Assembly (NCBI RefSeq): GCF_006345805.1 | Contig: NC_043013.1 | Coordinates: 27,156,001 to 27,220,000 of the forward strand | Direction of reading: 5' to 3' | Length of the DNA stretch: 64,000 bases | Source: Octopus sinensis | Lineage: Eukaryota | In this document: positions 37,750 to 51,130 of the stretch, in pieces | Position numbering within the stretch: the first letter of the stretch is position 1 | How the letters are laid out: each line of letters starts with the position of its first letter | Made by a program: the position numbers and the translations under genes | The notes under the pieces: generated by a model | The model's input: only the letters and a program-made list of their open reading frames with translations | What the model was told of the DNA's origin: nothing | Databases searched by the model: none

Positions 37750-38380
37750 ACCAGTCCTTTTGTTCTTAATATTATTTGAGTTCAAATCCCACCAAGGTCA
37801 ATTTTGCCTTTCATCTTTTCGGGGTCGATGAAATAAGTACCAGTTCAGTACTTGAAGTTGATGTAATCAACTAGCTCTCTCCCCTAAAAAATTTGAGGCC
37901 TTCAGCCTATAGTAGAAAGGATTATTATCATCATCATCATCATCATCATCATTATTATTATTATTATTATTAAGGTGTCAAGCTGGTAGAATCGTCAGGG
38001 CACCGGACAAAATACTCTGATATTTTGTCCATCTTCACACTCTGAGTTCAAATTTCGCCAAGGCTTCAATTTTGCCTTTCGTCCTTTCAGGGTTGAAAAA
38101 TAAGTACCTGCTTAGCACTAGGGTCAGTGTAATTGACTACCCCTCTCCCCCAAATTTCAGGCCTTGTGCCTAAAGTAAAAAGGATTATTGTTATTATAAA
38201 AGCAGGAAGCTGGCAGAATCATTAACATGCTGTGCAAAATGCTTGGTGGCATTTCATATCACTTTACATTCTGAGTTCCAATTCCGCCAAGGTTGACTTT
38301 GCCTGTTGGTTGATAAAATAAGTACCAGTTGAGCACTGGGGTCAATGTAATTGACTTAACCCCCTCCCCTCAAACTACTT
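37750..38380 (+). mobile_element. Three tandem SINE-B copies
   Basis: Three gagttc(a/c)aat..gccttt cores at ~37780, 38045 and 38275. Confidence 0.75.
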
Positions 38381-38384
38381 GCTT

Positions 38385-38682
38385 GCCTGTGGACAAGATA
38401 TCTCAAGAACCACTGGATGGATTCGGATGAAACTTTCAGGCATGTTTGGCTTCGTGATTGAATTTTGGGATCAATCTGGTGCCAGACAAGGATTCTGGAT
38501 TATTTTCCTGTTTTTTTTTTTTTTTACTTGATTTTTGAGAACAGTCAGGTTCGTGTTTATTATTCTTGTGTGTGAGAGCAGTCGAGTTTATTTCAGATCT
38601 TCTCATTTTAAAAATCATCTCTGGCTAATCATTGAGAGGATGTTGGTGTTGCCTTGGCAGAGGTTTGCTGAGTGCTCTTGTT
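38385..38682 (+). mobile_element. 5'-truncated second copy of the HINE-like element
   Basis: Collinear with 37020-37325 (ggacaagatatctcaa...gccttggcagaggttt..gagtgctcttgtt). Confidence 0.65.
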
Positions 38683-38879
38683 ATTGTTGTTATCATTATT
38701 AAACTTTGCCAAGGTCAGCTTCACTTTTCATGTCTTCAGAATCGGTTAAATGAATAGCATTTGAGCTCAGGTGTCAGTGTAACAGACTTACAGCCCCTCC
38801 CAAAACTGGGGGGGGGGGCTTGTAAAAAGCTTCTATGCTGGTGCCACGTAAAAAGCACCCAGTACGCTCTTTTTTACTC

Positions 38880-39075
38880 TAGACACAAGGCCCAAAATTT
38901 TTGAGGAAGGGGTCAGTCGATTAGATCAACCCCAGTGTTTCACTGGCACTTAATTTATCGACCCCAAAAAGATGAAAGGTAAAGTCGATCTCGTGGGAGT
39001 TGAACTCAGAACATAAAGATGAACGAAATACCGCTAAGCATTTCACCTGGCATGCTAACGTTTCTGCCAGCTTGC
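38880..39075 (-). mobile_element. SINE-B
   Basis: cacaaggcccaaaattt..gttgaactcagaac..ctgccagcttgc. Confidence 0.75.
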
Positions 39076-41216
39076 TGCTTTGCACCCAGTACACTCTGTG
39101 GAGTGGTTGGCATTAAGAAGAGCATACAGCTGGAGAAACCCTGCCAGGGCAGACAATTGAAACCTGGTGCAACTCTCCGGCTTGCCAGCTCCTTTCAAAT
39201 CATCCAACCCATGCCAGCATTGGAAAATGGACGTTAGATGATGATGATTTGTTCCTTTCTCATTCTCTCTTTTCTTTCTCCAAATCCTTTCTGTTTCCCC
39301 CCCCCCTCCTCCTTTGCTTTCTCTTTAGATCTAGAACTTAAAGGGTTTATCTGATAGAGTTATGTCCCTTAGCAAATGACTCATGTGTTATAGTGAGAGG
39401 AAGGTGGGGAGGGAGACTTGATGGTACAAGCAAGCAATACAAAAGGATTTTTCTCTGTCTCCTTTTTCTCCCCCATCACCTCTCAATCCCTTCCCCCATC
39501 CTCTCTCGCTGTTTCTTTCCAAAGATTACTTCGTTAAAGCTTTTTCCTTTATTTTTTTTTGTTGTTTTTTTTTTTCATATTTCTTTTGCTTCATCTTTTC
39601 TTCTATTCTTCCTATTGAATGTGACTGACAGTAGTAGCAGAAATTCTATCTAGACTAATTTTGGATGTTTATAAAGGAAATGGAATGAAGGAGAAGGAAA
39701 AGAAAGAAAATAAAGAAAAAAAATCCATAAGTTAAAATGGTTGTCATGGTTACTCTTACTATATTACAAAATTTGCTGCATTTTTGTTAATGAGCATATT
39801 CCCAAAGAGAGAGAGGATGAGAGATTTTGACTATTTTTTGTTGTGTTCAATAGTTCTGTTTTTTTTTTAATTATTGTTGTTTATTTCATTTCTTATTACT
39901 TTCTATTCTAAATGATTCAGTGATATGGAAAATGTCTTTTAAATGAAATATTAAATAACATTACTACTACTACTACTACTACTAACACTACTACCATTTA
40001 TACCACCAACAACAGCAAAACAAAAACAATGATGATAATGATATGGATAAAATAATATAAATTAGTCATACCTCTCTGTACAAATAAATATAAGAATATG
40101 TAATGATGATGATGATGATGATAATAATAATAATGATAATATCCAAATTCACACCAAAATGATCATTAAATTTATTGTTCCTACTACTGTTGTTATTATT
40201 ATTATTGTTATTACTATGTAGCTTGTTAATTTGATTATAACCGAAATTCATAATGACATTTTGTGAAGAGGCTGTCATATAATGTAGATTTTCTAATGGA
40301 AAGAGGAGTATTTGTGAGAAATTAAATTTGTAATGATCATACAAAAATAAATTGAATCTTGCTTTTTGGGGGTTTTTTTTATGATGATTGCAGATGTGTT
40401 GGTGATAGTGCTGGTGATGACGATGCCATAGAAAGATAAATTCTAGCGATATCAGATAGATGCTAATTACAGCAAAGATAATTTCACTAATCACAAAAGA
40501 ATATAAACTTTTTTTTTTCCCCCTTATTCTAATTTTTATTTGATTTTTAATTAATTTTTTTTTTAAGTATCTTCATGCCTAATGTTATTTTCTGAAATTT
40601 TGAAATTTAAAGAATTTTTTTTTAAGGAAAAAAATTTTTTTATAATTATTATTATTATTATTATTATTATATTATTATTATAAAAACGATTGTAAAAATA
40701 AATAAATAAAATTATTGGAAGAACCCTAGGCAACTAGTCTCATATTCTTCAGTTGAATCCATTCTTAAGTGCAGAAGTATGGCAAGATTGTTTTTCTTAT
40801 ATCCAATGAATCTATTAATTAATATTAACTCCCACCCCCATTCAACCCCACACAACACCCTCACTTCCTCCTTCATTAGAATTGAAAATGGTAATGTCAG
40901 ATTTGTTTTTAGTAGTAGTAGTAGTATTTAATATTAGTATTCAAAATATGTTTTGATATATGACCTGTTTGTCTGGGGAGGTTCTTCGTAATCTCAGTCC
41001 AATTCCTTCTGAGATTGGCATATTGTTTTCACTGATTTTTGTTTTTGTTCTTTGTTTTGTTGAGTTTTTTTTTTTTTTGTTTTTTGCACTTGAAATGATT
41101 TCTAGAAATCAATACATAAACCCAGTCACCTTTTTGTCTTTTCCTTTTTTTTTCATTTTTATTTATTTTATTGTTGTTGTTTCTATCAATCTTGTCTGCT
41201 GTATTATCACAACATC

Positions 41217-41247
<31 letters not shown>

Positions 41248-41504
41248 TTTCATTTTGATTAATGTCTTAGAGTCTTAATGCTAAGATAAGTTTCCACCTA
41301 GTCTGCTTACTTTTTTTTAGTCTGTCTTTTTTTCATATGTATTTGTAGATTTGGTCTACTAGATAAAAAGATGTTGCAAAAAAAATTTTTTTTCTCCTGC
41401 TTTCTTCTTTCCTCACATATTACCATTGAATCAGATTAAAATATACATTAAATAATAATAATAATTAGTAGTAGTAATAGTAGTAGTAGTAGTAATATTG
41501 GTAT

Positions 41505-41780
41505 TAATTGAAGAAGCCCACCATATTTATATAGATGTATGTATGTGTGTGTATGTTTGTGTCTCCTTGTCTTGGTGTTGTGTAATAGTTGTATATAAGT
41601 GTCACTGCCGTACAAGCGGTGTCATTCATTTTCAATGGTCCACAAGAACATGTCTGGTCATGGGGAACTATTGGAAACAGGTGATGGTTGGCAACAGGAA
41701 AAGCATACAGCTGTAGAAAATCTGCCTCAACAAGCTCTGTCTGACCCGTGCTAGCATGGAAAAGTGGACATTGAAGGATT
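41505..41780 (+). mobile_element. SINE-A variant body with RTE-type tail
   Basis: gaagaagccca..gtgtctccttgtctt..aggaaaagcatacagctgtagaaaatc..gcatggaaaagtggacattgaa. Confidence 0.6.
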
Positions 41781-42243
41781 ATTATTATTATTATTATTAT
41801 TACTATGGCATTGCACAGCTGTCAGAATCATTAGCATGTTGGACAAAATGCTTAGTGATGATAATAATAGTATTAACAACAGTATGACCACACTTGAGAA
41901 GCTGAAACCAATGCAATGAAAAGTGTTGTTGCTTTTCTAAGGACTGAAAACGTTAATTTTCCACTTTAGAGAGAAGAAAACAACCTAGTTATTGACTGAA
42001 GACTAATTAATTAGTTGGGACTGTCACCACTTGAACATTCATTTGAAAGCAGAGAATTGAAGTTGATAAGAGCCCCAAATGACTTCAAGATAGACTGACA
42101 GGCTGCTATTCAGTTTAGATCTATTAAGTCTAAGTTGAAGCTTTTCTTGTACATTGAACAACAGAATGGTCTCTTAGCAATGGTGTTATGTTGTTGGCAA
42201 TTAGCCCAAGGTACACCTTGAATGTACAGACTTATGACCAAAC

Positions 42244-42645
42244 GGCACAGGAGTGGCTGTGTGGTAAGTAGCTTGTTTACCAACCACATGGTTCCGGGTT
42301 CAGTCCCACTGCGTGGCACCTTGGGTAAGTGTCTCCTACTATAGCCTCGGGCCAACCAAAGCCTTGTGAGGGGATTTGGTAGACGGAAACTGAAAGAAGC
42401 CCGTCGTATATATGTATGTATATATATATATATATATGTGTGTGTGTCTGTGTTTGTCCCCCTAGCATTGCTTGACAACCGATGCTGGTGTGTTTATGTC
42501 CCCGTCACTTAGCGGTTCAGCAAAAGAGACCGATAGAATAAGTACTGGGCTTACACAGAATAAGTCCTGGGGTTGAGTTGCTCGATTAAAGGCGGTGCTC
42601 CAGCATGGCTGCAGTCAAAATGACTGAAACAAGTAAAAAGAGTAA
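42244..42645 (+). mobile_element. SINE-A, complete, young-looking
   Basis: Close match to 33198-33573 over its full length. Confidence 0.9.
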
Positions 42646-42729
42646 ACATGTTCCAACCATGACCATCCCATCCCTTTACTGATACGTACAACTACATTTT
42701 CAGTTGCTCCTTGTAGTGGTAGTTCTTTC

Positions 42730-43195
42730 TGCTAAAGGGCCCAAAACAAGAAATTTTGATGGGGGCAGCAGGAGGCCTATTCAATTACATTGACCCCAGT
42801 GTTCAACTAATACTACCTTTATCAATCCTGAACGATGAAAGGCTGAGTCAAACTTAGTGGAATTTGAACTCAGAACACAAAGACAGACAAAGTGCCACTA
42901 AGCATTTTGCCAGTCTTACTAATAATTCTGACAGCTTGCCGCCTTAATAATAATAATAATATAATAATAATAATAATAAACCTTTCTACTAAAGGCACAA
43001 GGCCTGAAATTTGGCGGAAGGGGGACTAGTTGATTATATCAACCCCAGTATTTCACTGGTACTTAATTTATCGACCCTGAACGGATGAAAAGTAAAGTCA
43101 ACCTTCGCGGAATTTGAACTTAGAATGTGGCAATAGGCAAAATACTGCTAAGCATTTCGCTCAGCTTGCTTACAATACTGCCAGTTCACTGCCTC
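42730..43195 (-). mobile_element. Two tandem SINE-B copies
   Basis: 42730-42945 and 42980-43195 separated by (AAT)n. Confidence 0.8.
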
Positions 43196-43804
43196 AATAA
43201 TAATAATATTAATAATAATAATAAATGCCCTGATGAAGTACCAGGCACTGATTCTCGTGGCTTCTGATCATAACTGATTGGAAGTGTTATCATGTACATG
43301 GTTTGTCTTAATATAAAAGATGGGCTACAGCAAATATTTGGTTCAATACCAAAGGTTTGCTTGCCAGTTGCTTGATCTTAACCAGTTGAGCATATCCCTT
43401 AGGGGCCGGCAATATGTGCATTTCTGATCACAATCAGAAGTAGTTAGGGAACATCGTAGCTATATGTTGAGAGGAATTATTTGGGGTTTGAATAATTCAC
43501 CTCTGAAAACATGGGTGTTTCATTCAACATCCTTAAACAGTCCTTATTCAGGGACCTTTTGAGTAGGATGGGCTACTCAACCTGAAGAAAATTGTAACTG
43601 GGCCCCACCTGCAAGGTCATGTGATGTTTATCTTGATATGAGATCACCATGTCATGCATATATGGTTGTGATGCATGTGCCTGGTGTACTCTTATCAGAC
43701 GGGTAGTCATAATGGGTATACTGAGCTTTGTAAATTTGTACCCAAGTGTCACTTTGATGGCCTGCACTACTCTCTCACTCAATAATAATGATGATGATGA
43801 TGAT

Positions 43805-43980
43805 TCCAAGTTTTTGCTCAAGACCAGCAACTTCAGGGGAGGGGTAAGTTGATTATATTGACCCTAGTGTTCAACTGGTATTTAGTTTATCAACCCCGGA
43901 AGGAAGAAAGGCAAAGTCGACCTTGGCAGAATTTGAACTCAAAACGTAGAGATAGTTGAAGTGCCACTAAGCATTTTCCC
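43805..43980 (-). mobile_element. SINE-B
   Basis: aaaggcaaagtcgaccttggcagaatttgaactc. Confidence 0.75.
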
Positions 43981-44029
43981 AGTAAAATAACAGTACTAAT
44001 AATAATAATAATAATGAGCTTATTGTATA

Positions 44030-44400
44030 CAGTGTTCAATTGCACTATAACTCATTGGGAAAAGGATAGAATGGGGTACAGAAAAGTGACAAAAAGTCAA
44101 GTAATGAAAGACAGAAATGAAGGCCAAAAGTGCATGCATAGCAGAGAGAATAAAACCCAAAAAGAAAAGTGAGCAGTAAAAGAATCATAAAGAGTTAAGA
44201 GTGCTTAGGCATATTAGGAATAGTGTTGGCAAATTTCAAGAAGCATGGAATTTTTGAAGGGTCCAGTGTCTTGACAACAAATAACCAATGCAGGTAGTTT
44301 ATTCCTTACTTTGACAGTTCTCTATATGAAAAATCAGGTTTTCCAAAGGTCTTGAATGCTGTGTTGTTTTTTGATTTTTATAAGCATTTAAAATGATAGG
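44030..44400 (-). mobile_element. CR1/L2-like LINE 3' end
   Basis: Minus strand RTVKVRNKLPALVICCQDTGPFK (cf. RVVxxWNxLP..FK); tail tgca..acagtatacaataag shared with 2025-2070. Confidence 0.5.
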
Positions 44401-45333
44401 ATGTTATTTAGGGCAAGCATCCCTCCACCACCAGGTCACAGGTCAGTACCAGGCTATGGATCATTTGGTACCAAGTGAAACAGAAAGAATAAATATTTTA
44501 TTTCTATTTTATTAACTGTCACAGTTTGCATTTCACCCAGCATGCTAATGTTTCTACCAGCTCACCGCCTTCCAAATTCATTCACAAAGCATTTGTCAGC
44601 CTGGGGCTATAGTAGAAGACTCTTGCCCAAGGCACCATACAGTGGGGCCGAACCCAAAAGCTCCTTAACCATTCATTATTTATGAAACTGAATGAAACAA
44701 AAGCAACGCATTTCACCAGAAATGTGGAATCAAAATGGTTAAACTGAAAAGTAGAATTTTAAAAATGCATAATTTGTTTGTTATTGTAATTTTACTAACT
44801 CATTCTCTTTTCTAACATTGGCACTTATAATGGTCTAACTCTCATTGACAGTCTTATCATTGGATCTCATAATATAATAATGAGCGTAGTGTTTTTATAT
44901 ATTTGTATGTATGTGTGTGTGTATATATATATATATATTATATATATATGTTTGTCCAGAATCACACCGGATGCAGAGGAGGAAAGAAAATAGTAACTCA
45001 GTGAAGGAGAAGTAGTGAGAGTAATAGCCCTAACTGAGAGGGAGTGGGAGAAAGTAATAGCAATAAGAGAAAAGAAGAAGTGATAGATGAATAAGGAAGG
45101 AAGGGGTGAAAAAAATCAGCGTTTCAACTCTGTGTGAGTATATGTGTGTATGTGTGCGCATGTACAAGGGAAATATGTGAATGTTTGCATGTGTGATTAT
45201 TATGTACCTTATTTATATATAAAATACTACAATTAGCCGTCATTATTGATGGTACGTTGTTAGCTATTTCTTAATATTCTTGTAATTTTGTATGTTGTAT
45301 AATGTATAATAACTGTTTGTTTCTTCTCCTCAG

Positions 45334-45525
45334 GTTCAGCAGCATTTGGTCCTGCATCAGTGACCAGCAGTCTGGCTTTTCCACACCTGGCTCACATGCC
45401 AAGTGCTTTCTCAATGCTTGGCCACCCACCTGGTTTTCCAATTCCACCATCCTTTGGAGGACTTGGTGTCTTGGGCGATGGATTAACCAGTCCTTTACGG
45501 CACTCTCTCAACCATGCTGCAGCAG
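45334..45525 (+). CDS. Internal coding exon, 192 nt, phase 1-1: SAAFGPASVTSSLAFPHLAHMPSAFSMLGHPPGFPIPPSFGGLGVLGDGLTSPLRHSLNHAAA; low-complexity region of the kind seen in nuclear regulators; gene not identified
   Basis: tttgtttcttctcctcAG acceptor; CAG|GTCAGT donor; open frame with mostly A/T-ending codons; GC-richer island in AT-rich non-repeat DNA. Confidence 0.8.
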
Positions 45526-45618
45526 GTCAGTCCTCTAATATCAACTTAACCGATTCTTGATCAGTTACAGTTTCTCCTCCCTCACGTTCTCATTCTCACT
45601 CTCTATTGCTGTCTCTTC

Positions 45619-45657
<39 letters not shown>

Positions 45658-46170
45658 ACCTGTATGTGTTTGTATACCTCTATATGTATGTGCATATGCT
45701 TACGTCATCATCATCATTGATCACACACACACATTTAATACTTTGCTTGTGCTACATCCTTGCTTTGTTTTTTTGGGGGTTTTTTTTCTCCAATTTTTAA
45801 AACTACACCACACACACACACACACAAATACATATATACATACATGTGTGTATGAACATACACACATATCTGCATATATACATATACACATATGTACATG
45901 TGTAGCACAATATGTATAATCTACAATCTATAAAAATATTTGTATTCTTATTTTTTATGTAATTATAAATAATTTCTTTTTCAAATGTGTTAATTGGCTT
46001 TTTTCTTTGAAGGGCGGTGGGCACCCCCTCCCCTATTTCTCATTTCCTTCTTTTTCCTTTTTCTTCTACACTAAATAATGATGCTGATGACGATGATGAT
46101 AATAATATTGATGATGATGATTTATCTTCATATACCTTTCCTAATGCAATAGTTTGCAAAAAAAAAAAAA

Positions 46171-46765
46171 TGCTTTCTTTGCTTTCTTTTCCTCTCATTT
46201 TCCTTTCCCTCTCAATATATTTTACTAGTATTGAATGTTTTTTTTTTTCCTCGAAGTTTTATTTGGGATTTTTATTTCAAACTGCCATCGCTCCCCCCTC
46301 CCTTCCCATTTCCTCCACTCTCTTTTATTTACCTGATAGTGTTAGGAGCCGTTTACACTTATCGTAGAAAATAACAAAGGCATTTTACCTTTGAGATAAC
46401 AACACAAAGATTAAACTATGCAAAAAAAAAAGCCGCAAAATAAAAAAAAAAAAAAATGCTTTCTTTGCTTTTATTCATTATATTTTATCATTGCATCTTC
46501 TTTTCCTCTCATTTTCCTTTCCCTCTCAATATATTTTACTAGTATTGAATGTTTTTTTTTTTCCTCGAAGTTTTATTTGGGATTTTTATTTCAAACTGCC
46601 ATCGCTCCCCCCTCCCTTCCCATTTCCTCCACTCTCTTTTATTTACCTGATAGTGTTAGGAGCCGTTTACACTTATCGTAGAAAATAACAAAGGCATTTT
46701 ACCTTTGAGATAACAACACAAAGATTAAACTATGCAAAAAAAAAAGCCGCAAAATAAAAAAAAAA
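46171..46765 (+). repeat. Near-identical direct tandem duplication of ~290-310 bp
   Basis: Copy 1 from 46171, copy 2 from 46457; differences are a ~28-bp extra segment in copy 2 and homopolymer lengths. Confidence 0.95.
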
Positions 46766-46957
46766 CAAAAAAATTTAACATATAATAATGTTCAATATCA
46801 TATGTGTGTGTGTGTATATGTGTAAAATTTATAAAAATGAGTATCTTTGTGTGTGTGTACATACATATATATGTGTGTGTGTGTACATATATACATATAT
46901 ATGTGCATATATATATATATTTGTATATGTATGTATATACATATATGTGTATGTATG

Positions 46958-46994
<37 letters not shown>

Positions 46995-47069
46995 GTGTGT
47001 GTGTGTAAATATATCTATATATACACACATGTATATATATACATATATAGATATATCTGTATAAATGCA

Positions 47070-47449
47070 TATTTTATCTTTTACTTGTTTCAGTCATTTG
47101 ACTGTGGAGTACCACCTTTAGTCAAAGAAATCGACCCCAGGACTTATTCTATTGGTCTCTTTCGCTGAACTGCTAAGTTATGGAGGACTTAAACACACTA
47201 CCATCAGTTGTCAAGCGATGGTGAGGGGGCAAGCACAGATACACACAAACATATATATATATAACAGGCCTTTTTCAGTTTCTGTCTACCAAATCCTCTC
47301 ACAAGGCTTTGGTCAGTCCGAGGATATAGCAGAAGACACTTGCCCAAGGTGCCACGCAGTGGGACTGAGCCCGGAACCATGTGGTTGGGAAGCAGGCTTC
47401 TTACCACACATCCACGGCCATATGTATGTGTGTATATATATATATATAT

Positions 47450-47484
<35 letters not shown>

Positions 47485-47700
47485 AAAATAAATAAATAAA
47501 AACAACAGTCTTCTTTCAGTTTCGGTCTACCAAATCTACTCATTAGGCTTTGGTTGGCCTGAGGCTATAGTAAAAGACACTTGTCGAAGGTTGCACACAG
47601 TGGCACAGAACCCGGAACCATATGGTTGGGTAGCAAGCTACTTACCACACAGACACACCATGCAGTGGACTGAACCCCAAACCATGTGGTTGGGAAGCAA
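47070..47700 (-). mobile_element. SINE-A (47070-47420) plus further head fragments (47505-47700)
   Basis: Repeated aaccatgtggttggg..cttaccacac heads. Confidence 0.75.
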
Positions 47701-47994
47701 GGAATGGAGAACCCCAATTTAAAATGAAATAAAGAAGAAATATTTGTTTATTTAGATGATGGCACCCTGATGAATTTGAAAATGAAACCTGTCTAGTCTT
47801 ATACATGTCATGATCTGAATAAATACACACACACATACACACATGGATTTCAAATTTTGGCACAAGGCCAGCAATTTGTGTTCAACTGAAACTTATTTCA
47901 TCAATTCTGAAAGGAAGAAAGGCAAAACGAAAAGATGGATGAAATGTCGTTAAGCATGTTGCCAAGTGTGGTAATGATTCTGTCAGTTTGCCTT

Positions 47995-48445
47995 TCCCAT
48001 ACCAGTGATACGTAAAAGGCACCTGTGCCAGTGGAACACAAAAGGCACTCAGTGCAGTCTGTAGAGTGGTTGGCCTCAGAAAGAGCATCCAAATTTAGAA
48101 ACCATGTCAAAACAGATTGGAGCCTGGTGCTGCTCTTCGGCTTACCAGCTACTGTCAGACTGTCCAACCCATGCCAGCATGCATAGAAAACAGGCGTTAA
48201 GTGATGATGCCAAACAAAATCACAGTTGTGGCAGATACCAGTATCACACAAATTGGCATCCTGGTGGCACACAAATGGCACCCATGCTTGTAGTACATAA
48301 ATGCACCCAATACACTCTCAGAGTGGTTGGCATTAGGAAGGGCATCCAGCTGTAGAAAACCATGCCTAATCAAACTGGAGTCTGGTGCACCCATCCAAAC
48401 CATGCTGGCATGGACAACAGACGTTAAATTATGATGACGATGATG
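47995..48445 (+). mobile_element. Two tandem RTE-type tail copies
   Basis: Two runs of agagtggttggc..aacccatgccagcatg..gttaa-(tga)n. Confidence 0.65.
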
Positions 48446-49659
48446 ATGTTATTAAAAATGAGTTCATGTTATATAGATATGTGTGCATACATGTAGGCAT
48501 GCACACATGTAATGGAACGAAACACTATTTAGCTGAGTAATGATACGCTTGCTACATTTGGTGTCTCCCCACCACCGCCACCACCACCTTCTTATTGTAA
48601 TAATAAGAGACAGGGTGGGAAGAGACCAAATAATGTGTGTGTGTGTGTGTGCATACTTTTTGTTGTGCTCAGTTTAACATCACCAAAAACTTTCACCGTT
48701 TCTAATTATAATACTCGCAACCTCAGTGTTACATTTCAATCAAGCTAACTTTAGTTGTTCCATATTTCTCAAACACAACATGGTTGTTGTGGCTGTTGTT
48801 GTTGTTGTTGTTGTTCTTGTTGTTTTTTACTTTTTAAAATGAATATTAGTTTCTTTTGTCTTTTTTTATATTTCTATACCTTTCTCCCTCCCTCCCTCCC
48901 GTTCTTTGTTTTTATTTACGATTTGTATTTGCATTGTTTGTTACCTAGTATGTTTGTATGTAACTGGAGCCTGAGCAGAGTAAGGGTGGGAGGTAAATGC
49001 CTAAAATGAGGTGGAGGGAGGGAGAGTGAGAGTGAGAGGAAGCGAGGGAGCTGCTGTAAATGACAGTGTATGGTTTGTATTAAAACTCAATTTCTCCTAG
49101 ATGAGTTTTGATTAAAATTATTGACATTCTTTCTGCCCATCAAGGCAAAATTAGGTGAATAACTGATATTGATTTTACTCTTTCATTCTTTCATTCATTC
49201 ACTCATTCATTCGTACATACCAGTGGTGAAGGATTTTTGAATACCATTTTGGCACTTAGAAATATTCCATGTTTATGTGTGTGTGTGTACAAATTTGTCA
49301 TTTTCAACTTCTCCTTCTTCCATGGCGATATTTATGTTTAATGTGTCATCTGCCTGGCCATATTTGACGCTATGCCAATTCTGTAGTGTACTTATGGACA
49401 AGTCAGTCTTAGCTGTTGTTTAGCCCTGGGTCAACCCTAATCTTGTGAGCCAGTTGTTGTTGGGCTTGTTGCGGGGGTGGGGAAGACAAGGTGCAGTGAG
49501 TGTCGAGAAGGGAGACGGAATGTCATCTGGTCAGTGTTGTATTGTAATCCCACACTACATTGTCTTGTTATATAACAGGGACAGGACAATGTCAGGACAT
49601 CTTCAGTAGGGTTCATAACAAACTCAAAAAGCAGAAGAGTGATTTGTTCATAATATTAG

Positions 49660-49913
49660 TCCTCTCTTCTATATGCACAAGGCCTGAAAATTTTTGTGGG
49701 GAGGGGCAAGTTGATTACATTGACCCGAGTGATCAACTGATACCTATTTTATCATTACCGAAAGGGTCGATGAGGGTGTGGAAGGATTTGGTGGAAATAG
49801 AACTGAGAAGTGAATTTGAACTCAGAATGCAAAACCAGAAGAAATGCTGCTAAACATTTTGTCCAACATGCTAAGAATTTTGCTAGCTCACCACCTTAAT
49901 AATAATAATAATA

Positions 49914-49953
<40 letters not shown>

Positions 49954-50356
49954 GGTCCTTTCTACTACAGGCTCAAGGGCTGAAATTTTAGGGGAGAAGA
50001 CTGATTACATCAACCCCAGTGTTTTACTGGTACTTAATTTATCGATCCCAAAAGGATGAAAGGCAAAGTCATCCTCAGTAGAATTTGAATTCAGAACATA
50101 GCGACTGCCAGCTCACCCTCTTTAATAATAATAATAATAATAACAACATTAATCCTTTCTACTGCAGATGCAAAGACTGAATTTGGTGGGGAGGGGGTGT
50201 AGCACTTGGGTAGTCAATTTCATTGACCCCCAAAAGAATGAAAGGCAAGGTCAACCATGTTAGAAATTGAACACGAACTTAAAGTCAGCAGAAATGCCAC
50301 TGAGAATTTTGTCCAGCTTGCTCCACATTATTATTATTATTAGTAGTAGTAGTAGT

Positions 50357-50396
<40 letters not shown>

Positions 50397-51130
50397 CAGC
50401 AGTAGTAGTAGCAGTAGTAATTGTAATTGTTTCTAAACATAGGTACAGGGCTTGAAATTTGTGTCAGGGATTAATTGATAATATTCACCATAGTACTGGA
50501 TTGATATTTTATTTTGTTGACTCTGGAAGGGTGAAATACAACATTGACCTAAGCAGAATTTGAACTCAGAATGCAAAGAACCATAAGTAAATATTGCCAG
50601 GCATTTTTTTCCCCCCAACATTTTAACAATTCTGCCTTTTCACCATTTTTCTTCATCATAGTTGCATGGATCAGACAGAATTTAGTGAGGCAGGTTTTTT
50701 ACAGTTTGATGCCTTTACTGTCAACAACCTTGACAAGGTGTTATTTTCCCCAACCAGGCAGAATCATAAGCACACCTGGCACACCTGTTTAGCTGCATTT
50801 TATCTGTCTTTACATTCTGAATTCAAATTTTGCCGGGGTCAACTTTGCTTTTCATCCTTTCAGTGTTGATAAATTAAGTTACCTGGCCTTGTGCCAGATT
50901 TTGAAACTGAAATAATAATGATTTCTTACATAAGCACTAGGCACACCTGTTCTGGGGTGAGAAAATAATCAAATGTATTAAGCCCAATGTCTGAATGGTA
51001 CTTATCTTATTCACCATGGGAGATTGAAAAGCAATGTTGATCTTGGCACAGTTTGAACTTCAAATGTACAGGAACATAGCTAAATGCCATTAGGCATATT
51101 TTTCCAGTGCTCTTCCAATTCTACCAAACC
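49660..51130. mobile_element. Cluster of about six SINE-B copies (mostly minus) and an RTE tail
   Basis: Repeated gaatttgaa(c/t)tcagaa and ggcaaagtc motifs separated by AAT/TAG runs. Confidence 0.65.

Noticed and set aside
45334-45525. Naming the gene (FGGLG recalls AUTS2/FBRSL; GLTSP recalls Groucho/TLE)
   Set aside because: Short matches in low-complexity sequence; needs a database search.
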